Shown here: one piece after another, positions 8,539 through 17,253 of the stretch
Position numbering within the stretch: position 1 is the stretch's first letter
Layout of the letters: every line of letters begins with the position of its first letter
Virus record (IMG/VR): IMGVR_UViG_3300028025_000020
Source of the DNA: a virus
DNA length: 31,539 nucleotides
Reading direction: 5' to 3' (one strand)
Program-made: the position numbers and the translations under genes
The notes under the pieces: model-generated
The model's database searches: none
The model's input: only the letters and a program-made list of their open reading frames with translations
What the model was told of the DNA's origin: nothing

Positions 8539-9117
8539 TTATTTGCCATTCCACTTCGACAATAGTGATTTCAAGTCTTCTAAAATTTTATCTTCTTCTA
8601 TAGGTTCTACAAAATCAAAAAAGCCTTCTACGCTAAAACCATTCCAAGTTCCATCTTTGCATTTTTGCCAATTTGCATCGTCTTCGATAAAGTAACTAAC
8701 AAACCAAGAACCATCTTTTGCATCTTCAAATCCTTTTGGTGGCATTATACCACGTTCAAAATCCAATAAATAAGATTCAAATAAAACGCATCCATCTATT
8801 GCCTTATCGTGATCAACATTTACACTATTGTACTTGTTGTTTTTCGCCCACTTTTTAGCAATTTTATAAATGGTTTCCTTATCGAATACCACGTAATATT
8901 CACCACGAGAATCGTCACGACGATAAATTGGCAAATCAGCCAACATCGCAGCTCCTGAAACAATCCTTTTTTCTTCATTTTGAATAGCAAATTTTCTACG
9001 CTGATTGAAAACCATAAAATCTTTTTCAATTGCTGGTTTGTCAACTAAAGAAATAAATTCGACGCCACTTTCTAAATCATCCTCAGATATGGTCAATTTG
9101 TAAATAGGTAAATCCAT
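8539..9117 (-). CDS. XkdF-like prohead protease/maturation protein
   Basis: ORF track, 192 aa. ISLVDKPAIEKDF, VNVDHD, ESY and GFSVEGFF resemble the PBSX XkdF-type family. Located upstream of the scaffold and capsid genes. Confidence 0.65.
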   Translation of the reverse strand: MDLPIYKLTISEDDLESGVEFISLVDKPAIEKDFMVFNQRRKFAIQNEEKRIVSGAAMLADLPIYRRDDSRGEYYVVFDKETIYKIAKKWAKNNKYNSVNVDHDKAIDGCVLFESYLLDFERGIMPPKGFEDAKDGSWFVSYFIEDDANWQKCKDGTWNGFSVEGFFDFVEPIEEDKILEDLKSLLSKWNGK

Positions 9118-9123
9118 ATAATG

Positions 9124-9151
9124 TATATTAGTTTAATTTAAATTTTGTTGC
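9124..9151 (-). promoter_or_regulatory. Late-type bipartite promoter motif P2 (GCAACAAAATT-N9-CTAATATA)
   Basis: Minus-strand read: GCAACAAAATT TAAATTAAA CTAATATA CATTAT ATG. Confidence 0.55.
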
Positions 9152-9152
9152 G

Positions 9153-11117
9153 TTATTCTACTACACTTACACTTTGATTGTTGCTTACACGCTTTTGTGT
9201 GCGTGAAATATCGCCTTCGGTAACGTACACACGTCTGTCTTGTGTTAACTCGTTGCCATTGCCTAAACTTGACATACGAGGTGCAGCCATTTGTTGCATT
9301 CCACCACCAGAAGATTGTGTTGGCATACTACCACCTTGTGCATTTTTACTTTGAAATTTAGTTTCGCTAATCCTTTTTACTGCTGCCAATCCAGAAGCAA
9401 GTGCCAAACCAGCATTAACAAATTGTTGACCAGGAAATAAAGGGACTGAACTTAAGGCAGCTGTCACACCTTGATATGTGTTTATAATTGCTTGTGCAAT
9501 TTGTGCTGCTTTGTTTACTTCAAATGCTTTCTTTTGGTCTTCTTCGCTTTGAGTTGCAAACGCACTGTAAATGTCAGCAATTGCCGTTAAAGAATCATTG
9601 ACTGCTTGGTATTTTGCAGTTTGAATTTCTTTTTCTTTTTCGGCTTTTGCTTTTTCTTTTGCTAAATCTTGTTCACGAATTTGGTCTTTTTGTGAAGCTA
9701 TTTGTTTGTCAATTTCAATTATACTTTCACCATATTTTAAACGTGTTAACCTTTGTTCTTCTAAACTTGCTTGTTCTTTTGCTTTTATTTGCTCATTCGT
9801 TTTTGTTTGGTCAGTTAACTTTTCATCACGAATTTTAATAAAGTTAATTTCTTTTTCATATCTATCTTGAACGGCTTTTAATTCAGCCTCAATAAATTTT
9901 TGACGATTCTCTTTTATTTCATCTTCTTTTTTCTTTTGCTCAGCACTTTCTTTATCCGTAAATTCTTTTCTTGCCTTGTCAAGTTCAACATTTCTTAGTT
10001 TTAAAATTTGAGCCTCTGTGTACCCTTGTTCTTTTAAACCTTTGACTTTAGTGTCAAACGCTGCATTGGTTGCTTTTTGAACATCGGTTAAAGTACTTTG
10101 ATTTAACGCCAACAAAGTTGCCCTACGTTCAAGTGCATTGGCTGCTTCTTTTGCTGAATTTTCTTTTCTTTTGTTTGCGGCTTCTTTATCTGCTGCACTT
10201 TTTTTATCCGATTGTTCTGTTATATAGTTTTTTTCTTCAATAGATAAAATTTTCAATGCGTTTTTAGTATCATCAATAATTTTGCCCCATTCCTTTTCGT
10301 TGTTTTTACCCATATTTGCACGGGCTTGTATTAAATCATTGTTTAATTTTTCACGTTGTTTTGCAAATGCCCCTAACTCGTTACCCTGAGCCTTTAGTAA
10401 TGCAATTTCACGTTCTAATTTGTCGTTTGATTTATCAGTTGTTTTGTTGAGTTTATCCAAAGCCCTATCCTGAGCCGATGTTATACCTAACCAATCGGTA
10501 AAACCTTGTACTAATTCACCCACAAAATTGGCAAAATCTGCAAATCCTGGTATTAAATTGGAAAGTGTTTTTTTAACTTTTTCAAAATTTGCAATAACAT
10601 AAGTAAGTGCAGCAATTAGCAAACCAATACCAAGTGCAGACATTGAACCTTTCAAAGTGCTAAATGCTTTTGTTACATTGCCTTTTAATTGTGTCGCTAA
10701 TGTTTTAAATTGTTGTTGTACTTTGCCAATGCCTTCAAGTCCTTGAGCCAATGCCATTGCACCTTGTACCTTTACAAGTGTCTTTTGCAAATCTTGACTT
10801 TCGCTACCGAACAAAGCCATTGCACCTTGTGCTGCCTGAAATCCATTTGCAACTCCACTTACAACCGTTTGAACCTTTGCAAACTTGTCAGGGTTTAAGG
10901 CTTTTACTCGGTCGTTAAAATCTTCCATTTGGTCGGATAGATTTGCAACCTTTTGTTGACCCGCTAATGCTTCTTGACTAAATTCGCCAAACGTTGCAAC
11001 TAATTGTTGAGCCTCGTTTTTGGCTTCTTTTAATTGTTGTTTAAACGTTTTTACGGTTTCTGTTGCACCACCTTTTGGGGTTACTTCGATTTCTATTGCT
11101 GCGGTTGATTTTGCCAT
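9153..11117 (-). CDS. Tape-measure-like or internal virion protein (long coiled coil)
   Basis: ORF track, 654 aa. Lys/Glu/Gln/Ala-rich heptad-like sequence with central hydrophobic segments (ALGIGLLIAALTYVIANF) and a Gly/Ser/Met-rich C-terminus. Confidence 0.55.
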   Translation of the reverse strand: MAKSTAAIEIEVTPKGGATETVKTFKQQLKEAKNEAQQLVATFGEFSQEALAGQQKVANLSDQMEDFNDRVKALNPDKFAKVQTVVSGVANGFQAAQGAMALFGSESQDLQKTLVKVQGAMALAQGLEGIGKVQQQFKTLATQLKGNVTKAFSTLKGSMSALGIGLLIAALTYVIANFEKVKKTLSNLIPGFADFANFVGELVQGFTDWLGITSAQDRALDKLNKTTDKSNDKLEREIALLKAQGNELGAFAKQREKLNNDLIQARANMGKNNEKEWGKIIDDTKNALKILSIEEKNYITEQSDKKSAADKEAANKRKENSAKEAANALERRATLLALNQSTLTDVQKATNAAFDTKVKGLKEQGYTEAQILKLRNVELDKARKEFTDKESAEQKKKEDEIKENRQKFIEAELKAVQDRYEKEINFIKIRDEKLTDQTKTNEQIKAKEQASLEEQRLTRLKYGESIIEIDKQIASQKDQIREQDLAKEKAKAEKEKEIQTAKYQAVNDSLTAIADIYSAFATQSEEDQKKAFEVNKAAQIAQAIINTYQGVTAALSSVPLFPGQQFVNAGLALASGLAAVKRISETKFQSKNAQGGSMPTQSSGGGMQQMAAPRMSSLGNGNELTQDRRVYVTEGDISRTQKRVSNNQSVSVVE

Positions 11118-11126
11118 TTTTTTGTT

Positions 11127-13844
11127 TTAAGGTACTATCACAAAATATTTTGTGCCAGTTGATATGTATTGATGTGTTTTTTTGTCGGTGGTAATTGTGT
11201 TAGTTGTTGCATCGTCTATTAAAATAGAACCATCACCAGCCGTTACTGTTATTGTATGTCCCGAGCCTATTTTTTTAACTACAAATATTTTGCCTTTATT
11301 TGCTGATGGGTCAGGTAAAATTACAGATATGTTGCCAGTCATATTGCACACTATTAAATAGTCATCGTATAAAGATGTGTAAGGGCTATCGGTGTGGTCA
11401 ATTTCAATTACATTACCACCACAACTATAGGCACCCATCTGTGGGAAATTTTCTACATAGAAACGATTTGATTCTGTGATTGAATAAGTATCGCAATTTA
11501 TCGCCGTTACACTTTCAAAATTAATTGGGATGTCTACTTGTGTACCACCTAAAATAGTGTTTGCAAATCGACCTTGCGAAACGTGGTCATTTCCTACCGT
11601 GATATTGTCTTTTGAATCTAATTCGCTATCTCCAATGTTTACGCCCCCAGTAGTTACGCCCGTGAATCCAATTGGTTTGCCGAATGGGTATGTATCGTTT
11701 AATACATCTTTACCACCTACACCGATATTTTTTTGATTTGTAGTCGAGGGTTCGTAATAGGTGACCAAAAGAAATTCACATAGATACACGCCTTCTTGCA
11801 AAGGGTTGTAATCACTTACCTTGTTTAATCTCCAATATTGTCCCTCAAAGAAATATAAGTCTTTAAATTGAATGTTAGCCCATTGATACGGATTGATACG
11901 GAAATATCCTTTGAATACCTTAGAATTTTTGTCGGTGATTTCCTTAATTGTTTTAAACCAATAAACATTAACTAAGTTTTGGTTGCTGAATTTAAGTCCT
12001 TTGTCTGCTAAAATGTAATTCGACATACCAAAATTTAGGTCAAATTGCATATTGTCGGTATCGTCAATGTGAAGCGTTAAAGGATATTTGTTTTTATTTG
12101 GTGTGCCAGTTAACGTAGTGTTGTATAATTCGTATGGCGTTGTGTTTTTTAAGCCATTATAATATAAACACCTTAATTGTCCTTTGTCATTATTCCCATT
12201 TAAAATAATAGAATAGTATCTATTGCCTGAAGATAATAACATTGTAGGTGCAAATGTAATTTCTATTTTCTTTTCTTGTTTTACAAAGTCATTGTCTACT
12301 CGCACAACCCTTTCACCATAAATTTTACTTGTGCTTTGCTTATATTCTTTATTGTAAAAATCTTCGCCCTCTTTAAATGTAAAAATATAAGGGTTTGCTT
12401 CAAGGTCGCCCATTGGAACTATTTGCACGTTTTGGGAATAGTCAACTAAATTTGTCCAATCTTGTGTTGAGCCATTATAGAAATCGTCACGTGGTACAAA
12501 TCTAAGTTTCTTAGGGTTGTCCATATCTTGTTCAATATACAAGTTAAACATTTTAACAAAGTTTAAAAGCATATCCTTTTGCGTATAATCACCACTAAAG
12601 AATAAACCAAAATCTATTGCGTTACCATAAGCAAATTGATTTGCTGCCGATTGATTATAGAATTTAGTATCGTTATATAAATCTACAAAGGGATTTCCTG
12701 AACCTATATTTAAAAACTTAAAATTCAAATATTTTACTTGCACATAATCACCAGCAATTAATTGAATGGTTTGCACATCTGTATAATCAAAATTCCAAGC
12801 CGAATCCGAACTATTATCTGAAACTCCCGAAAATGTTTTTACAAGTACATTATTTTTAAAAAGTCCAAACGTTAAAACTCCATAATCTGGTGTGGGTATA
12901 GGCACACCTACTGATGCAATGGCTTTTACTTTTAAAAAGAAATCAAAATTGGCTGCCGTTGGTGATACATAACGATAAGTTGTAGTGTTAAAATTACCAC
13001 CAGTATCAAAATTCCCACCAGTAGAATCGTTGTTAAATGTAATAAGGTCGTTTGGATTTATAGCAATTACTCCAGCATTAAACCCAGCTTGGAATAACCT
13101 TTGTTGTATTGCGTTATCGTCACTTGTAAAACCATAATTTGTGTATGGTATAATTAAACGCTTAAATCTTGATGTCGTAAAAAAAGAATCACTTGTATAT
13201 TGGTAACCAGTAGTTGACATTATTTTGTCAATTATAGTTTTAGCATATAAGCACGGCACGTGGTCGTCAACACGCCATTGGCTTGTGTTGGTATTTTGTG
13301 AACCAAACTTGTTTAGCATTTGTGCGTAAACATAACCCTCACCATACGCAAACGCTTGTGAACCTCCATTTTTTACAATTGAAGTGTCCCAAGAATTAGT
13401 CACATTGGTATCGGTTAATGTATGGTTGTATTCGTCAAAGTTTAACTCAGTTAATTTAGCATTGCCAAGCGTTGTAAACAAGTCAGCAGTTTGTCCGTGT
13501 AGTGAACATTCATATTCAATAAAATCGTGGTCTAAGACGTTTATTTGAATCAATCGTATAAACCCCCTTAACTGCTCGAATCCGTCGACCAATACAACTA
13601 CATCAGCTTTTTTGTTTGGGTTAAAGTTTGGTGCAAATTGCCCACTCCCTAAGACCGTGTGTTCAACTTCAAATATACCACCGAATAAAATGTTGTTTGT
13701 TTTTGTGCCTGGTATCTTTGCAGTCTTTGACCAATCACTTGACCTTTGCTCAGGGTTTTTAATATCAGCAATTGAACGGGTTATAAGCAAGTCGAAATCT
13801 TCGCTTAAATCGACCAGCGTATTATTTACGAATAAATTTATCAT
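11127..13844 (-). CDS. Large tail/host-recognition protein
   Basis: ORF track, 905 aa. The largest gene, Asn/Thr/Gly/Tyr-rich beta-type sequence, overlap-coupled to the 379-aa gene. Confidence 0.6.
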   Translation of the reverse strand: MINLFVNNTLVDLSEDFDLLITRSIADIKNPEQRSSDWSKTAKIPGTKTNNILFGGIFEVEHTVLGSGQFAPNFNPNKKADVVVLVDGFEQLRGFIRLIQINVLDHDFIEYECSLHGQTADLFTTLGNAKLTELNFDEYNHTLTDTNVTNSWDTSIVKNGGSQAFAYGEGYVYAQMLNKFGSQNTNTSQWRVDDHVPCLYAKTIIDKIMSTTGYQYTSDSFFTTSRFKRLIIPYTNYGFTSDDNAIQQRLFQAGFNAGVIAINPNDLITFNNDSTGGNFDTGGNFNTTTYRYVSPTAANFDFFLKVKAIASVGVPIPTPDYGVLTFGLFKNNVLVKTFSGVSDNSSDSAWNFDYTDVQTIQLIAGDYVQVKYLNFKFLNIGSGNPFVDLYNDTKFYNQSAANQFAYGNAIDFGLFFSGDYTQKDMLLNFVKMFNLYIEQDMDNPKKLRFVPRDDFYNGSTQDWTNLVDYSQNVQIVPMGDLEANPYIFTFKEGEDFYNKEYKQSTSKIYGERVVRVDNDFVKQEKKIEITFAPTMLLSSGNRYYSIILNGNNDKGQLRCLYYNGLKNTTPYELYNTTLTGTPNKNKYPLTLHIDDTDNMQFDLNFGMSNYILADKGLKFSNQNLVNVYWFKTIKEITDKNSKVFKGYFRINPYQWANIQFKDLYFFEGQYWRLNKVSDYNPLQEGVYLCEFLLVTYYEPSTTNQKNIGVGGKDVLNDTYPFGKPIGFTGVTTGGVNIGDSELDSKDNITVGNDHVSQGRFANTILGGTQVDIPINFESVTAINCDTYSITESNRFYVENFPQMGAYSCGGNVIEIDHTDSPYTSLYDDYLIVCNMTGNISVILPDPSANKGKIFVVKKIGSGHTITVTAGDGSILIDDATTNTITTDKKTHQYISTGTKYFVIVP

Positions 13845-14980
13845 AAACGTTGAACCTTATCTACAAATGACAAATCGCATTCAATTGTCAAATTAAAAAC
13901 TTTGTCGTTTAGCAATGTTTTTACTGAATAGTCGGTGTTTGTGATGTTAATGGCTTTTAAAACACCATCGTCTAACAACCAAATAGAGGGTGAAGCTACC
14001 AACTCTTTGAGCCATACACTTTCTTCTTCGGTTATCCAATTGGAATTGAGTGTAATTTTTTGCATTATTTCGGTGTTGTAGTTACTTGTACTTCTTGCAC
14101 TTGTCTCGTAGGAATAACTTGAACCTGATAAACTGTATTGTGTTTGTTTGTAGGTTTTTCTTTGTATAGTAAAGTTATCCTTTCTGACCCTATTAAACCG
14201 AAATGACTCAATAGCCCCGTATCTGTTGAGGAAGTAAACGTCATTATTTGCGTACTTTGTGCATTCATCTTTTATGTCTATTCTGTATGTTTCACTTGTT
14301 GAGCCACTACCCTTTGCTTTGACCTCTAAATAGGTTGCACCACTTGCTGGTATAATTGGGATTCGTAAAACTGAATCCGTGATTCCACTCAACAAAATTA
14401 TTTGCGTTGTGGCTGCTGGGTAAGTTTTAATTTCTACAGTCAAAGCGTTACCACGCCAAAAGTAAAGCCAATCCTTTTGACCTTTATAAATTGTCTTTGA
14501 ACGTAATGATGTTAAAAACTCAGCATTCTTTGAAGTGTTAATTTTGTAGTCGTTTTCGTCAAACGAAACAAAGTCAATAGGGTTTAAAGCCATATTATAC
14601 GCAGTTAACCCCGTGACGTTGGTTGCACCACTAACTTCGATAATTGGTGAAGTAGAACTCGTTGAATATTCGTAACCAAAATTTACTTTGTAGCCTATGT
14701 AACTATTCGGACATCCACTGACAGACGTATCGTCAATGTCCCAATCAAAAGTTACAAAGTTTTCAATTAACCTACCAATGTTAAATACACTTTTGTTGGT
14801 GCTATTTGGATAGATAGGTGCTTTTAAGCGTGCAATTCGTGTTGTATTTTGAAATACATCGGCAATAAATTTAAAGTTTGGCTTAGTGTAAATAGCACTA
14901 TCACTCTCAGTAATGACAAAATTTAAATCATTATATGCTGGTGCGTTATCGTCGGGTTTTTGATTGACTGTTATACTCAC
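13841..14980 (-). CDS. Tail structural protein (first gene of the late block; GTG start)
   Basis: ORF track, 379 aa. The start codon read at 14980-14978 is GTG, 5 nt downstream of a CTAATATA box. Confidence 0.6.
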   Translation of the reverse strand: MSITVNQKPDDNAPAYNDLNFVITESDSAIYTKPNFKFIADVFQNTTRIARLKAPIYPNSTNKSVFNIGRLIENFVTFDWDIDDTSVSGCPNSYIGYKVNFGYEYSTSSTSPIIEVSGATNVTGLTAYNMALNPIDFVSFDENDYKINTSKNAEFLTSLRSKTIYKGQKDWLYFWRGNALTVEIKTYPAATTQIILLSGITDSVLRIPIIPASGATYLEVKAKGSGSTSETYRIDIKDECTKYANNDVYFLNRYGAIESFRFNRVRKDNFTIQRKTYKQTQYSLSGSSYSYETSARSTSNYNTEIMQKITLNSNWITEEESVWLKELVASPSIWLLDDGVLKAINITNTDYSVKTLLNDKVFNLTIECDLSFVDKVQRL

Positions 14981-14985
14981 ACTTA

Positions 14986-15013
14986 TATATTAGCACTTTG
15001 TGAATTTTGTTGC
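14986..15013 (-). promoter_or_regulatory. Late-type bipartite promoter motif P1 (GCAACAAAATT-N9-CTAATATA)
   Basis: Minus-strand read: GCAACAAAATT CACAAAGTG CTAATATA TAAGT GTG. Confidence 0.55.
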
Positions 15014-15020
15014 TTTGATG

Positions 15021-15054
15021 AAAAAACCCCCATACTTGGTTAAAAATATGAGGG
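15021..15054 (-). terminator. Rho-independent terminator T2
   Basis: Minus-strand RNA CCCUCAUA-(12-nt loop)-UAUGGGGG (8 bp including one G.U) followed by UUUUUU. Confidence 0.6.
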
Positions 15055-15075
15055 TCAAAGCACGATTGAAAGAAC
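15021..15075 (-). ncRNA. Candidate ~55-nt promoter-proximal transcript, unit 2 (from the E4 box to T2)
   Basis: The box TATATTTG (15080-15087) lies within a 14-nt string GTGTATATTTGTAT that is identical to the E2 promoter. It is followed by ATTGTTCTT...TTTGAC and terminator T2, with no ORF. Confidence 0.3.
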
Positions 15076-15103
15076 AATACAAATATACACTAATTTATGA
15101 CAT

Positions 15104-15129
15104 AAAAAAACCCCACAACTTGTGTAGGG
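15104..15129 (-). terminator. Rho-independent terminator T1
   Basis: Minus-strand RNA CCCUACA-CAAGU-UGUGGGG (7 bp including one G.U) followed by UUUUUUU. Confidence 0.6.
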
Positions 15130-15162
15130 CTAAAAGTCAAAACTTTTGTATTTTAGAAGAAC
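15104..15162 (-). ncRNA. Candidate ~58-nt promoter-proximal transcript, unit 1 (from the E3 promoter to T1)
   Basis: CTTGCATATT...-N20-TAGGTTTG (15167-15198) resembles early promoter E1. It is followed by ATTGTTCTT...TTTGAC and terminator T1, with no ORF. It is paralogous to unit 2, offset by ~87 nt. Confidence 0.3.
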
Positions 15163-15166
15163 AATG

Positions 15167-15198
15167 CAAACCTAAACTAAATTTCTTAAATATGCAAG
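15167..15198 (-). promoter_or_regulatory. Host-type promoter-like element E3 (CTTG-N20-TAGGTTTG)
   Basis: Minus-strand GCTTGCATATTTAAGAAATTTAGTTTAGGTTTG. The segment TTGCATATT-AA-AAA-TTT aligns with promoter E1. Confidence 0.4.
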
Positions 15199-15300
15199 CA
15201 CCATTGATTCAAACGTGGTACATTTTTGTAAATCTTTGCTAAATTCTTTTTGTTTACCAACGTAAAATGCAACGGTGTTTAAAAACTCAACAATAGGCAT
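15172..15300 (-). CDS. Possible small ORF (42 aa), hypothetical
   Basis: Hand-translated: MPIVEFLNTVAFYVGKQKEFSKDLQKCTTFESMVLAYLRNLV*. It overlaps the E3 promoter-like element. No supporting motif. Confidence 0.2.
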   Translation of the reverse strand: MPIVEFLNTVAFYVGKQKEFSKDLQKCTTFESMVLAYLRNLV

Positions 15301-15347
15301 CTGTAAAATATAATCCCATTTATCACGTTGCCCTTTACAAATTGCGT

Positions 15348-15908
15348 TTACGAGTTCAAACCATCCTTGTATGCCATTGCTTTTGCCTTGAGATTCTCCA
15401 CCATCTGACTCAAATAAGTTTGGGTAGCGTCCAACAATTTCGGATAAAGACGAGAAAAAAAAAGCGTGTAGCCGTGTGCAATCTGATACGGCAAATGTAA
15501 AAACAAGTTACTGACTTCTTCAAATTGCAAACCTAAGTTTTTGATTTTCTTTGGTCGACCAAATATGTTTACTTCTTCACTCATCATTGCCATTATCCTA
15601 TGCAAATTTGGAAGCATGTCGTCGCTATTAAATTGTTGAAGTGATATGAAGTGTTGTCCTTGCATTTCCATTGCGTTAGGAATCATTCTAAATCGCCTAC
15701 CTTTAATTTTAAATCTAAGCTGAATAGTATCTTCAAACTTTAAATTATCCATTATTGTATTGAACCGATTGAATAAGTCGTAAACTTTCATTTCTTCGAC
15801 ATCGTCAATATCTCTACCATCTACTATGCAAATAGTGTGAATGGCTTTTTCTAAAGGTGAATAGTGGTCTATCTCCTTTAATTCTTGAATATGTTTAATT
15901 GTTATCAT
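15348..15908 (-). CDS. Hypothetical protein downstream of terL
   Basis: ORF track, 186 aa. Its ATG overlaps the terL stop. Confidence 0.6.
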   Translation of the reverse strand: MITIKHIQELKEIDHYSPLEKAIHTICIVDGRDIDDVEEMKVYDLFNRFNTIMDNLKFEDTIQLRFKIKGRRFRMIPNAMEMQGQHFISLQQFNSDDMLPNLHRIMAMMSEEVNIFGRPKKIKNLGLQFEEVSNLFLHLPYQIAHGYTLFFSRLYPKLLDATQTYLSQMVENLKAKAMAYKDGLNS

Positions 15909-17095
15909 TATGCGAATGCAAATATACCTTTTTTATTATGTTTTTTACAATCTACTGCAAGTGCTAAGGACATAACACAGTCATCGTGCAGTCCACTTGG
16001 TGCAGAATATTTTACTCCCGTTCGGGTGTATTCGTACTCGATATTCTCCAATTCGTACCCGATAGGTGATTCAGGGAATGCAATTGAATTTTGTTGTATT
16101 TCCATAACTAACCCCTCAATAAGTTGTTGTTTACTTTGTGATGTGAATCTAAAACCTTTTATGTTAGGTAATAAGCGTTGTAGATTCTCAACTATAGGAT
16201 CTCCAACACCGGTACTATCACAGTATGCTGGTATTCTGCCAACTACATTAACAATTTTTTGTTGTGTTTGTTGCCAATCGGCTTGGAATCTATCCACATA
16301 ACACACTCTATTAACGCTATCAAGTCCTATTATCACAGTCCAGTCCGTGTATTTTGCTAAGTCAATACCAAACGCAATAGGTGTACTATTGCTAATAGGT
16401 GAATAACATCTACGAATATTGTCTATTCCAAAAGGATTTGACTTATCGTCACCAGGTTCTGCAAGATATAACTCTTTAAATACAAACTCTGGTAAATCTC
16501 GTTTCGCTTGTTCTATTTCTTCAACGTCTAATATACCTTCTTTTGCAGCATCGTATGCCGTTATCTTAAAGAACTTATAGTCAGGTTCACCAAGTCTTGC
16601 ACGTTCACCAAGTTTATAAAACCAATTCTTTTTACCTTTAACGTTACCAATTAGTTTACACTTGCCTTTTGTAGCTGTGAGTGTAGAACGTAAAGCAAAC
16701 CAACTTTCTTCACGCATACGTGACGCTTCGTCAACTACTGCTGCGTATACATCGTCTCCGTACAAGTTATCGGGCTTTTCACCTGACTTAAATTCAATCC
16801 TTGCACCATTTGGTAAAACAAGTGTTAACTTACTTTCGTTTGAAATAAAGAAGTCTTTTACATTGACTTGTGTTTTCATACGTCTGAAAGCGATTTCAGC
16901 TTGTTGATACACTGGTGCAACCCACCACACAGATTGATTCTCTTTTAATTGTAGGGCTTGTTCAAACATCCAAATAATATGACTTGCAGTTTTACCGCAT
17001 TTAGTTGCTGCTGCCGTTATTGTGTAACGTTCTGGAGCGTCTAAAATTGCTTTTTGGTAAGACGTGACAAATGGTCTATTATAGGTTATTTGCAT
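15908..17095 (-). CDS. terL: Terminase large subunit
   Basis: ORF track, 395 aa. Walker A-like AAATKCGKTAS, Walker B-like AAVVDEASRM, and a C-terminal nuclease-like region with conserved acidic residues (GIDLAKYTDW..., LHDDCVMSLALA). Confidence 0.8.
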   Translation of the reverse strand: MQITYNRPFVTSYQKAILDAPERYTITAAATKCGKTASHIIWMFEQALQLKENQSVWWVAPVYQQAEIAFRRMKTQVNVKDFFISNESKLTLVLPNGARIEFKSGEKPDNLYGDDVYAAVVDEASRMREESWFALRSTLTATKGKCKLIGNVKGKKNWFYKLGERARLGEPDYKFFKITAYDAAKEGILDVEEIEQAKRDLPEFVFKELYLAEPGDDKSNPFGIDNIRRCYSPISNSTPIAFGIDLAKYTDWTVIIGLDSVNRVCYVDRFQADWQQTQQKIVNVVGRIPAYCDSTGVGDPIVENLQRLLPNIKGFRFTSQSKQQLIEGLVMEIQQNSIAFPESPIGYELENIEYEYTRTGVKYSAPSGLHDDCVMSLALAVDCKKHNKKGIFAFA

Positions 17096-17253
17096 AGAAT
17101 TTCAATAGTTACACGTTCTATATTTTCAAATAATATTACAACGTGATAATCTTCTTTTAAAGATAAATCATTCAAATATTCAAAAGTTCCGTCACCTATT
17201 TGTGTTAAAGGAACTCTTATTACTGCAATTGATTTTCTTTTTCTTATAAACAT
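17086..17253 (-). CDS. Small hypothetical protein (55 aa), not in the ORF track
   Basis: Hand-translated: MFIRKRKSIAVIRVPLTQIGDGTFEYLNDLSLKEDYHVVILFENIERVTIEILCK*. It overlaps both the glycosyltransferase stop and the terL start, and fills the only gap there. Confidence 0.4.
   Translation of the reverse strand: MFIRKRKSIAVIRVPLTQIGDGTFEYLNDLSLKEDYHVVILFENIERVTIEILCK

Noticed and set aside
12990-13030. Short peptide repeat GGNFDTGGNFNTT in the 905-aa tail protein as a possible hypervariable or DGR target
   Set aside because: There are only two short adjacent copies, no reverse transcriptase gene and no template repeat anywhere in the genome.
15000-15242. 80-aa plus-strand ORF in the large intergenic region
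   Set aside because: It would be the only plus-strand gene. It spans two hairpins that are followed by a U-tract only on the minus-strand transcript, and its sequence is better explained by the tandem promoter-terminator units.
16290-16298. DnaA-box-like 9-mer ctatccaca inside terL
   Set aside because: It is a single near-consensus copy within coding sequence, with no cluster and no adjacent AT-rich unwinding element. It is not credible as an origin or as the target site of the DnaA-IV protein.
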